NCBI RefSeq assembly: GCF_902713615.1
Contig: NW_024056011.1
Span: 1 to 64,000 of the forward strand
DNA: 64,000 bases
Direction: 5' to 3'
From: Scyliorhinus canicula
Taxonomy: Eukaryota
Positions 33,072-43,874 of the stretch are shown here, one piece after another; position 1 is the stretch's first letter, and each line of letters opens with the position of its first letter. The notes beneath the pieces were generated by a model. The model was not told where the DNA came from. It ran no database searches and worked only from the letters and a program-made list of their open reading frames with translations. The position numbers and the translations under genes were made by a program.

Positions 33072-33745
33072 TTCGATGAGGGTTTCCGTTGGTCAAACCG
33101 CATGTTTTCTTCATTTCTTTGCGGCGTTTTGTCGGCGGGATTCATTCACATTGTGTTTGCTTTGAGAAGCTGAGCTCAAACTGCAGGGAACCAATACGTT
33201 CCCGAGAAGTTTGTCTATGTGTGGGCATTCACATTTCTATTGACTAATTCTGGTGGACTCAGACACCTCTTTGTCCCCTTCATTTGATCAGTTCAACAAC
33301 TTCAGACTGTGAACTCTCACTTCCCCCTCCACCACATGTTTTTTCCATCAACTTATCATTCCTTCCATTGATATGTTTTACTCTCAGCATTGCTCACCTC
33401 CCCCCAGCCCATACCATCCTACTTGATCAATCAGATCCCTGTTTGTAATTGTTCTCTGACGCACTGCTTACCTTTGTTCTGCCATTAACACATTCTGACC
33501 GCTTGATGCGCCATCAGCACCTTTCTTAGCCTTGATTAGCCTCATTTACATTCCCTTTTTCTTTCTGTCCGAGACATTTTCGTCATTTCCCACCTATTGC
33601 TAGCCCTCTATCGAGGCCCAATACAGCACTCCACCAGCCCCACCCCCACCCCCCACACACAATCGTCTGAATCTCCAGTTCCAGTTCTGCAGCTTTGACA
33701 AAGAGTCCACTCGACTGGCAACGACAGCTGCCATTTCGCTCCCCA

Positions 33746-36395
33746 GACAGCGTGTAGGTTCGTTATTTACCGAGGTCTCTGGATAGTATATCCTTATTTA
33801 GAGTGGTCCCTGGCTAGTATATCATTATTTCCAGTGGTCCCTGGGTAAAATGTCATTCTTTACACTGGCCCCTGTATAGTACATCATTATTTACATCGGT
33901 CCCAGCGTGTAATTTCATTATTTACAGTGGTCCCTGGGTAGTATATCATTATTTACAGTGGTCTTTGTGTAGTATATCATTATTTACAGTGGTCCCTGGG
34001 TAGTATATCATTATTTACAGTGGTCTTTGTGTAGTATATCATTAGTTACAGTGGTCCCTGGGTAGTGTATCATTATTGACAGTTGTCCCTGACTACTATT
34101 CTATTATTTTAGTGGTCCCTGGGCAGTATATCGTTATTTGCAGTGGTCCCTTTGTAGATTATCATAATTTACAGTGGTCCCTGGGTAGGATATCATTATT
34201 TACCGTGTCCCTGGTTACTATTCTATTATTTAAGTGGCCCCTGTGTAGTATATCATTATTTACAGTGGTCCCTGTGTAGTTTAGCATAATTTACAGTGGT
34301 CCCTGGGTAGGATATCATTATTTACAGTGGTCCCTGTGTAGTATATCATTATTTACAGTGGTCCCTGGCTACTATTCTACGATATTAGTTGTCCCAGGGC
34401 AGTATGCCATTATTTACAGCAGCTCAGTTGTAGTACATCATTATTTGCAACGGTCCGAGCGTGTGATTTCATTATTTACAGGTGGCCCTGGATACTATAT
34501 CATTATTTACAATGGTTCCTTGGTAGTATATCATTATTTACAATGGACCGTGGGTAGCATGTCATTATTTACAGTGGTCCCTGGGCAGTATATCATTATG
34601 TACCGTCGTTCCCGTTTGGTATAAAACATTATTTACAGTTGTCCCTGGGTACTATATCTTTATATATTGTGGTCTCTGGGAAGTATTCATTTTTTTCAGA
34701 GGTCCCTTTGCAGTACATAATTATTTACAACGGCTCCAGAGTGGAATTTCACTGTTCACAATTGTTCCTGGCCAGTATATCATTATTTACAGTGGTCCCT
34801 GGATAATATATCATTATTTACAGTGGTCCATGGATTGTGTATCATTATATACAGTGGTCCCTGGGCAGTATATCATTATATACAGTGGTCCCGTGTCATA
34901 TATCATGATTTAATTTCGTTTAATTTCGTTTGATTTAGTTATTTGCTGGGGCCCTAGATAGGATATTTTATTTACAGTCGTCACTGTGTAGTACATCAAT
35001 ATATACAGTGGCCCAGCGTGTAGGTTCGTTATTTACAGAGGTCTCTGGATAGTATATCATTATTTAGAGTGGTCCCTGGCCAGTATATCATTATTTCCAG
35101 TGGTCCCTGGTAAAATGTCATTCTTTACACTGGCCCCTGTATAGTACATCATTATTTACAACGGTCCCAGCGTGTAATTTCATTATTTATAGTGGTCCCT
35201 GGGTAGTATATCATTATTTACAGTGGTCCCTGTGTAGTATATCATTAGTTACAGTGGTCCCTGGGTAGTGTATCATTATTTACATTGGTCCCTGACTACT
35301 ATTCTATTATTTCAGTGGTCCCTGGGCAGTATATCATTATTTACAGTGGTCCCTGGGTAGGATATCATTATTTACAGTGTCCCTGGCTACTATTCTATTA
35401 TTTAAGTGGCCCCTGGGCAGTATATCATTATTTACTCTGGTCCTTGGGTAGTATATCATTATTTACAGTGGTCCCTGGGTAGGATATCATTATTGACAGT
35501 GGTCCCTGTGTAGTATATCATTATTTATAGTGGTCCCTGGGTAGTTTATCATAATTTACACTGGTCCCTGGGTAGGATATCATTATTTACAGTGGTCCCT
35601 GTGCAGTATATCATTATTTACAGTGGTCCCTGGGTAGTGTATCATTATTTACAGTGGTCCCTGGCTACTATTCTACTATATCAGTTGTCCCAGGGCAGTA
35701 TGCCATTATTTACAGCGGCCCAGTTGTAGTACATCATTATTTGCAACGGTCCGAGCGTGTGAGTTCGTTATTTACAGTGGTCCTGGATATTACATCATTA
35801 TTTCTAGTGGTCCCTGGGTAGTATATCATTATTTACAGAGGTCCCTGGGTAGTATATCATTATTTACAGAGGTTCCTGGGTAGTATATCATTATTTGCCG
35901 TGGTATCTTGGCAATATATCATTATTCACAGTTGTCCTGTGAAGGTCATCATTATTTACCAAGGTCCTAGGGTGGAATTTCATTATTAACAGTGCTCCCA
36001 GGAAACTATATTATCATTTTTCCCACAGTCCAAAGATGTGCGGGTTAGGTGGATTGGCCATGCTAAATTGCCCGTAGTGTAAGGTTAATGGGGGGATTGT
36101 TGGGTTACGGGTATACGGGTTACGTGGGTTTAAGTAGGGTGATCATGGCTCGGCACAACATCGAGGGCCGAAGGGCCTGTTCTGTGCTGTACTGTTCTAT
36201 GTTCTATGTTCTATTTACAGTGGTCACTGGGTGATACATCTTTATTTACAGTGTTGCCTGTGTAGTATGCCATTATTTACAGTGGCCCTCGGTAGTATAT
36301 CATTAGTACAGTGGTCCTTGGGTAGAATATCATTATTTACTGTGGTCCATGGTCAGTACGTCATTATTTGTAGTGCGTCGCACATCACTATTTAC
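33746..36395. repeat. 31-bp satellite (ATTTACAGTGGTCCCTGGGTAGTATATCATT), degenerate, with a ~1.27-kb higher-order duplication
   Basis: Period of 31 read at 35181/35212. The variant block CAGCGTGTAGGTTCGTTATTTAC occurs at ~33748 and ~35014. Confidence 0.93.
36019..36213 (+). mobile_element. 3' half of a V-SINE with a (TTCTATG)n tail, inserted in the satellite
   Basis: tttcccacagtccaaagatgtg...ggattggccatgctaaattgccc...ctgtactgttctatgttctatg. Confidence 0.8.
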
Positions 36396-36399
36396 AGCA

Positions 36400-36660
36400 G
36401 TTCCTCTTTAACCTGTGATTATTCCTCCCTCTGGATCTGTAATGACTTGATTACCTGCAAATGCTCGCATTCCAAGCATTGTCCGGCATCTCTGACTTTG
36501 TCTATATAAATGTTTCTGGAACATACCTCGCCATTCACCTGAGGAAGGAGCTGCGCTCCGAAAGCTCGTGTTTGAAACAAACGTCTTGGACTTTAACCTG
36601 GTTTTGTAAGACTTCTTACTGTGCTCACCACAGTCCAACGACCGTCATCTCCACATCACA
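36400..36660 (+). mobile_element. Solo, diverged Penelope-like pLTR with a hammerhead motif at 36536-36570
   Basis: Aligns by eye to 26610-26816 plus ...gtgctcacc.cagtccaacg; the motif is CAC-CTGAGGA-A-GGAGC-TGC-GCTCC-GAAAGCTC-GTG. Confidence 0.85.
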
Positions 36661-37114
36661 ATATGATAGAGTTTACCCTGCAGTTTGAGAGGGAGAAGCT
36701 GGAGTCAGGTGTAACTTTAGCTGACACATCACTTCACAGCATCAACTTAATTGTAAGTTCCAATCTATCTGACCCTGGGCGCTGCCTGTGCTTTTCATAT
36801 AGAAAACATCTCTGTTCCACCCAATAAAAACCGACGCACATTTCATAATCAGAGGGAAGTCTATCTTTTTTGAGGTTGCATTACAATTATTGTTAAAAGC
36901 GGCTGTGCCACGTGTTTGCTTTCTGGCCTCTAACTGGGGAAAGACAAGTTCGATTCCAGCTCTGCACAATAACTGACCTATCACACTGTCAATTATTCAC
37001 AACTTCAATGGTGGAACACTGCATGAAGGATATTTACTTTATCCAGTATCTGATTTTATAATTTATGATCAACTTTGTTGACTCAGCAAATTTATTAATC
37101 CGTACTGTGTTTTC

Positions 37115-37870
37115 CACATGATACCCAGTTCCCCCTATCTCCAAGCACACTCCCTCACACTCTATCTCTCCCTTTCATTCTCTCCCTCTCTCACATATTC
37201 TCCCTCCTCACACTCTCTCACTCGCTCACACTCTCCCTCTCTCTCACACACACTTTCTCCCTTCTCTCACACTCTCTCCCTCCTTCCCTCTCTCGCACTA
37301 TCACACCCTCCATATCTCACACTCCCTCCCTCTCTCCTTCTTTCCCTCTCTCGCACTCTCTCTCACTCTCTCTCTTGTGCTCTCTCCCTCTCTCACACTC
37401 TCTCCTTCTGACATGTTCTCTACCTCACTCACCCTCCCTCTTTCACCCTGTCTCTCCCTGCATGCCTCGCTCCCTCACACACTCTTTCCCTCTCTCACAC
37501 GTTCTCTCACACTCTTTACTTCTCTCCAACTTTCTCTCACATTCTTTCCCTCTCCCACTCCCCCAGTCACTCTCTCCTTTACTTATGTCTGATATTATGT
37601 CAGTATTTTATACACCATCCTTCTCACACAATCTGCCTCCACCATCCTTCTCACACAATCTGCCTCCATCATCCACTCACCCACTCGGCTCCATTCTCTG
37701 CTTCCCTTTCTCGCAGACAATCTACCTCCTTCTCTCGTTTTATTCTTTATTTCTCCCACCCTCTTTCTCTCCCATTCTATCTCCTCCCACCCTCTTTCTC
37801 TCTCACCCTGTGTTCTTGCAGCACATCGCACAGACCAGTTCTCTCTTCCTCCACATCTCACCCCGCCAGT
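37115..37870. repeat. CT-rich low-complexity region
   Basis: Direct inspection. Confidence 0.9.
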
Positions 37871-37892
37871 TTAAGTGAATGAAATTAATGAA

Positions 37893-38230
37893 AATCGCTT
37901 ATTGTCACAAGCAGGCTTCCGTGAAGTAACTGTGAAAAGCCACTACTCGCCACATTCCGACACCTGTTCAGGGAGGCTGGTTCGGGAATCGAACCGTGCT
38001 GCTGGCCTGTCTTGGTCTGCTTTAAAAGCCGGCGATTTAGCACTGTGTGCTAAACCAGCCCCTAATGAAATGAAAATCGCTTATTGTCACAAGTAGGCTT
38101 CAATGAAGTTACTGTGAAAAGTCCCTAGTCGCCACATTCCGGCGCCTGTCCGGGGAGGCTGGTACGGGAATGGAACCGTGCTGGTGGCCTGCTTTCAAAG
38201 CCAGCAATTTAGCCCAGTGAGCTAAACCAG
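37893..38230 (-). mobile_element. Two head-to-tail copies of the short tRNA-derived SINE
   Basis: aaatcgcttattgtcac...aaaccagc occurs twice, each with a (tgaaa)n tail. Confidence 0.82.
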
Positions 38231-38521
38231 CAGTCTGGCCAGTCTGTGTATCAGATGGTTGGCCGGTATCAGTTAGAGACGGGGTATTAGTTTTCATAGC
38301 TGTATATGTTTTAATGCTGCTCTCTGAGGTGCTGAGTTTGAATGTGCTGCAGCCTCTGAGTTTTCTGAGGTTCCAATGGTTCTAAAGATTTTCTTAGTTT
38401 GAGGGTCTGAATTAGATTTAGATATGGGATCACATACTTTGCGCTTAAAACAGTTCCAGATTTTGGAGACATTGAAATTTGCTACTTAGGCTCAGACAGA
38501 ACGTACTGAAATCAAATCAAG

Positions 38522-38961
38522 GAATGGTCACAGATAGAGGCAGCTACACCCCAGAGGGCAGTGGACCCACCCACAGAAACACACTGACAATTGGAACTGA
38601 ATCACTGAATGGTCACAGTTACAGAGGCAGCTACATCCCAGAGTGCAGTGGACCCACCCAGAGAAACACACTGACAATTGCAACTGAATCACTGAATGGT
38701 CACAGATAGAGGCAGCTACAACCCAGAGTGCAGTGGAACCACCCAGAGAAACACACTGACAATTGGAACTGAATCACTGAATGGTCACAGATAGAGGCAG
38801 CTACATCCCAGAGGGCAGTGGAACCACCCAGAGAAACACACTGACAATTGGAACTGAATCACTGAATGGTCAGAGTTACAGAGGCAGCTACACCCCAGAG
38901 TGCAGTGGAACCACCCAGAGAAAAACACTAACAATTGGAACTGAATCACTGAATGGTCACA
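38522..38961. repeat. 85/87-bp tandem repeat, ~5 copies
   Basis: GAATGGTCA at 38522, 38607, 38694, 38779, 38864 and 38951. Confidence 0.95.
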
Positions 38962-39309
38962 GTGGTGTGAGGGTTATCACTGTAACAATCTGAGATCTAG
39001 AGATGGGACTCATGTTGTCTGAGTGGACAGCATCCTTTCTGTTAATGTTAGCTGACCAATGTGATCAACACAGTTCAGTGTTTGGAAAGTGGTCACTCAC
39101 TCAAAAGAGAATATTTTATTTCACTGAACACAATATCGTAATCTGTTTGTTCATATATTTCTAAAAATAACGTGTACGATTTCACAACCTCAATATCCCT
39201 GATGTGGTCCCCCAGGGTATAAATTAAATGCTTTGGGAACATATAACCTCGGAGTTTCAGACACAGAGACTGACACCAGCACGAAAGGACACATCACTTC
39301 ATACTGAAA

Positions 39310-39376
39310 ATGCATAATCCAATTTATACTGCTGAGAAAATATTCTACCGAATCGTTGCTATCGTTGGTGTTCCTG
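39310..39376 (+). CDS. GPR139-like GPCR exon 1 (MHNPIYTAEKIFYRIVAIVGVP)
   Basis: ATG at 39310 and donor gtaagt at 39377; phase 1 joins exon 2 in frame and completes TM1 (GVPVN). Confidence 0.82.
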
Positions 39377-40011
39377 GTAAGTGACTATCACCATTGAACT
39401 TGTGTAAATCTGTGTGTGAGCGGCTCTCTGATTTGAAACTCTGAGTGAAAATGTTTAATCCTGATCTCGTGCTCACTGTGATACAGACACCTGATCAACG
39501 ATATCATTGTCAAATGTCTTTAAACATGTCAATGGTTTGAATCCCTTCCATCAACTCACAATAAACCTCTGTTTGTTACTCACTGGATCTCTGACCGGTG
39601 AAGTTATTATATTGAGTGGGATCTTGTATAATGTTAGATTGGATCTCAGTGAAGGCAATTTCTCTGAAGGGAGGTTGAGGAGGAGAAAGAATTAAAGCAC
39701 ACTGCGTGTGGGTCACTAACCAGAGTGGAATATCTGACAGCGGTGAACAAGGATTACTGGAAGTATCTCAGTGTAGGATTGTACTGAGTGTGGGTCTCTC
39801 ACCAGAGTGGAATATCTGATCTAATTATCTCTCTATTACTGGGGCTATCTGTCCATGTGGAATTGTATTGTGTGTGGGTCAGTAACTGGATTGACATTAG
39901 TTGGTTCTATTTTGAAATGATGTATTTTATTGGTGAGTTGTCGCTCCATTCTGTGGAGTTCTCTCTGTGAGTTTTAACTTTGGAATAGGTTGAAAACAGG
40001 AAGAGTTTGAA

Positions 40012-40197
40012 AATGAAATGAAAATGAAAATCGCTTATTGTCACGAGTAGGCTTCAATGAAGTTACTGTGAAAAGCCCCTAGTCGCCACATCCCGGCGCC
40101 TGTCCGGGGGGCTGGTACGGGAATCGAACCGCGCTGCTGGCCTGCTTGGTCTGCTTTAAAAGCCAGCGATTTAGCCCAGTGAGCTAAACCAGCCCCA
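40012..40197 (-). mobile_element. Short tRNA-derived SINE
   Basis: Same family as 21893 and 37893. Confidence 0.82.
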
Positions 40198-41309
40198 TGT
40201 GAACTAAACCAGCTCATGTTTGGCTGGGTTTTGAAGATGTTTGATATTTATTGCATGAAGTGAAATGTCCCTATCACTGTTTTCTATTAACCTACTCCAA
40301 CACGAACAAACATCACCACACTTCAATATTTCATAAAACCCACAACAGCGCAGTATTCCAATAGGTTTTGTGATATTTTCTCATTTCTATTCATTCTGAA
40401 ATGAACTCACATGTTTGATCAATTGTTATGGGTGTTTTTAAACTGTGTTTCTGCTGCACACGATTTGTGAATCTATTCACCTGAACCCAGAAACCCCTCC
40501 AGTCCATTCACACACTTGTTTTCCAAGGAGTGATTGCGGGACTTATTGTTCTGATCAAAATGCAGCAGCAGACACTGATCTGTCGGGAAATTAATTTCCC
40601 ATTGAAATACCCACTTTGCAAATTCATAATTACTGATAATGTGTTCTTGTAATTAGTTGTATTCTTCCTCTGTATTCACTATCACTCTCAATTTGATTTT
40701 GTCTGTAAATTGTTCAATTATCGTTCTGCTTCCAGATTCCATAAGCATGATGGGAATGGTGAAGGAGAGTGATCCCAGTGCTGATCCTTGTGGAACACCA
40801 CTTCCACCTTCCACCAATCAGCCTAAATCCCTTTAACACCTCTCCCTGTTTTGTGTGTGTGTCGCCAGCATGTGTCCATTCTGCTGCTGTGTCCCCTAAC
40901 TCCACTGGCTCTGAGATTACTCATCAGTCTTTTATGTTGGATCTTACTGATGGCCTTTAGAAACTCAAATTGTTTAACATCTATTATACTACTCAGATCT
41001 ATTATTTCTGATAGTTATTGCAATAATTGGATGAAATGTGTCAGGAATAATGTTGACTTTGGAATATGTGCCGACTATTTAGTAGACTCTGTGTTACTGG
41101 ATTTCTTTAACTCATACTTCTAATTCCATTTTTCCTACTGTTGACATTGTGACTGGAAGATTTTATTATATTCTGTTGTAAATTCAAGAATAACAGAGAC
41201 CGACTTCTGCTTTTCAATTCTTTGGTAATTATTCTGATGGTGATCACTGAATAGATAATATTGTCTCTGCTGTTTCTCACTGTCTATTTTATGAAAATTT
41301 GGTGCTGAA

Positions 41310-41880
41310 ATCCATCCGCCTCCAGTAATCTCCCTCTACCTGGACCCCACCCTCTGGCCTCCTATCAGCCCTTGGTCTTTTCACTGAGATCTGTCAGTGC
41401 GACATCGACCGTCTCAATGTCTCTGTGCCTCTCACCAACTCTATCCTGACTCATCTCTAACTTGCTCCAATCTCTCTCTGATATCCAACCCTGACCTGGT
41501 GATCTGAGCTGCCCACAAGGGTGGTGCCATTATTGTCTGGTGTACTGCCTTCTTCCTCACAGAGGCTGGCTGTCAACTCTCAGACCCATCCTGCTACCTC
41601 CCCCTCCTGCTACCTCCCCCTGGACCAGCAGCACATCACCAAACATCATGATATTGTTCCCAGGACTGTCACTGACCTTATCGACTCTGGATATCCTCTG
41701 TCCACAGGCTCAGACATCATAGTCCCACAACCCCACACAGCCTTCATCAACCTCCCGCTTCTACCTCCTTCTCAAAATCCACAAACAGGAAAGTCCCAGT
41801 AGACCCATTATTTCGGCCTGTTCCAGCCCAGCAAGATCATTTCTTCTTATCTTAATTACATCCGCTTTATCCTGTTCTGT
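41310..41880 (+). mobile_element. Old degenerate Penelope-like RT fragment in the GPCR intron
   Basis: Broken translation recalls NPDLVI..A.KGGA..VW and FYLL.KIHK...P.RPIIS.C, the same region as in the intact element; frameshifted. Confidence 0.6.
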
Positions 41881-41895
41881 CCCTTCCCAATTACA

Positions 41896-42225
41896 TTGGT
41901 GGCACAGTGACGCAGTGATTGGCACTGCTGCCTCACAGCACCATGGTCCCTGAATCAATTCCTACCTTTGGTGACTGTCTGTGTAGAGAATGCACTTTTT
42001 CTCTGTGTCTGCGTGGGTTTCCTCCAGGTGCCCCGGTTTCCTCCCACAGTCCAAAGATGTGAAGGTTAGATGGATTGGCCATGCTAAATTGTGTTTAGTT
42101 TCTAAGCAATTAAGATGGGATCACTGGGTTATGGGGATGGGGTGGTATTAACTGGTTTTTACTTTCCAAGGACCTGCGCAGACTCGATGGGCTGAATTGC
42201 CTCCTTTTGCACTATACATTCTATG
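41896..42225 (+). mobile_element. V-SINE
   Basis: ggtggcacagtg...gcactgctgcctcacagc head, V-domain, and a gatggattggccatgctaaatt 3' part. Confidence 0.75.
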
Positions 42226-42758
42226 TTTCTATTTGTCCCATGATTATGCAGTGGGAAGGTCCTGCGTTTGTTTTATTTTTCCATTGATCGTGGAGGATTC
42301 AAATAAACCAGGAGTGGGGTCCAACCCCATCAGAAACCCAGTCCAAAAACGGTTGAATCCGGGGTGTGGTCCAATAATTGAGGGGATGACAATCTCTGGT
42401 ATGTTTATATCCGGTTTGGGAAACCTGGCCGGTCTGAGTGAATCCTGTAAATCAGACTGAATGAGAAATGTAACCTCCCCCAAAGGTGTCTGAATTATAA
42501 ACATTTTCCTACCACTGCCATCAAACTGACAGGGCTGCAATCCACACTTCCCTCCCCCCCCCCCCCCCCACTATTCCCCATCTTTAACATTGGAGTTACA
42601 TTTGCTACTTCCCTCTCTGCAATGTTAATCTCTGTGCCCACTCCTCTCCCAACACTCCCACCCACCCACTGTCCATTATATTGATGCTGAGATTATGTTC
42701 AGACAGGGAGATTGATTATCCCGTAATTTCCCGTGTCTCTCCTTTCTCTCTCTGACAG

Positions 42759-43660
42759 TTAATTTACTGGGAATTGTGATTCTGTGTCGGGGGAAGTGTG
42801 GTCTCTCTACCTGCACCACTCGCTACCTGGTGGCCATGGCAACGGCGGATCTGCTGTTTATTATCACTAAACCCATACTGAACATGATCGATTATTATTA
42901 TTTCCCTCTGAAGCTCCTGTCGCTCACCCCTGTGTGCAGTGTTAACGCTGGCCTTATGGCTGCAGCCAGGGACTGTTCTGTCTGGTTCACCCTCACTTTC
43001 TCCTTTGACCGATTTGTGGCTATTCGCTGCCAGAAACTGAAACCAAAATATTGCACCGGGAAAACTGCGGCTGTGGTTCTGTCAACAACCGGCCTCCTGC
43101 TCTGTGTGAAAAACATCCCCTGGTACTTTATATATAAACCTAGACGGATAATCGACAATGTCCAGTGGGGCTGTCGGACAAAGAGCAGCTATTTCACTGA
43201 CCCGGGATGGATTGCATATAACCGGTTTGATAAGGTTTTAACTCCATTGATCCCGTTCTTCTCAATCCTGTTGACCAACGCTCTGACAGTCAGACACATT
43301 TTACTCACCAGTCGGGTCCGGAAGGCACTGAGGGCTCAGAGTCAGGGAGACAATCGCACAGACCCAGAGATGGAGAGCAGAAGGAAGTCAATGATTTTAC
43401 TCTTCAGCATCTCCGGAGCTTTCATTCTCCTCTGGACCGTGTCTGTTATTAAATTTTTCTATATCGATGTGAGAGAATTATATTACCTCACCCTTCCTGA
43501 ATATACTTTCCAACAAGTCGGATTTATGCTGCGGGACTTAAATTGCTGCACAAACACATTTATTTATGTGGTGACTCAGTCCAGGTTCAGGGAGCAGATC
43601 AAGATCGCGGTGAAATATCCGGTTACATCAATTATTAAATTAATGAGTAAATCAACCTGA
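42759..43660 (+). CDS. GPR139/GPR142-like class A GPCR exon 2; total product ~322 aa
   Basis: Acceptor ...ctgacag at 42758. Motifs LVAMATADL (TM2), FSFDRFVAI (TM3), RRKSMILL (TM6) and NCCTNTFIY (TM7); open to TGA 43658-43660. Orthology not established. Confidence 0.88.
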
Positions 43661-43872
43661 CTGACAGCCTCTCAGCAGCTCCAGCCTCTGGCAGACAGCC
43701 TCTCAGCCAATCAGCAGCTCCAGCCACTGACTGACAGCCTCCCAGCCAATCAGCAGCTCCAGCCGCTGACTGACAGCCTCTCAGCCAATCAGCAGCTCCA
43801 GCCGCTGACAGACAGCCTCTCAGCCAATCAGAAGCTCCAGCCGCTGATTGACAGCCACTCAGCCAATCAGCT
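43658..43872. repeat. 39-bp tandem repeat carrying AGCCAATCAG, ~5 copies
   Basis: CTGACTGACAGCC at 43727 and 43766 (period 39); five AGCCAATCAG motifs. Confidence 0.92.
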
Positions 43873-43874
43873 GT

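Larger units (their letters stand above)
27918..33745. repeat. Tandem tRNA cassette, ~2.45-kb unit, ~2.4 copies (starts near 27918, 30358, 32811)
   Basis: TCTAACCTGTCCCGG recurs at 27921, 30361 and 32814 (periods 2440 and 2453), and whole units align by eye. Confidence 0.95.

Noticed and set aside
42244-42540. 98-aa minus-strand ORF in the GPCR intron
   Set aside because: No motif I can recognise; possibly a TE fragment, but unsupported without a search.
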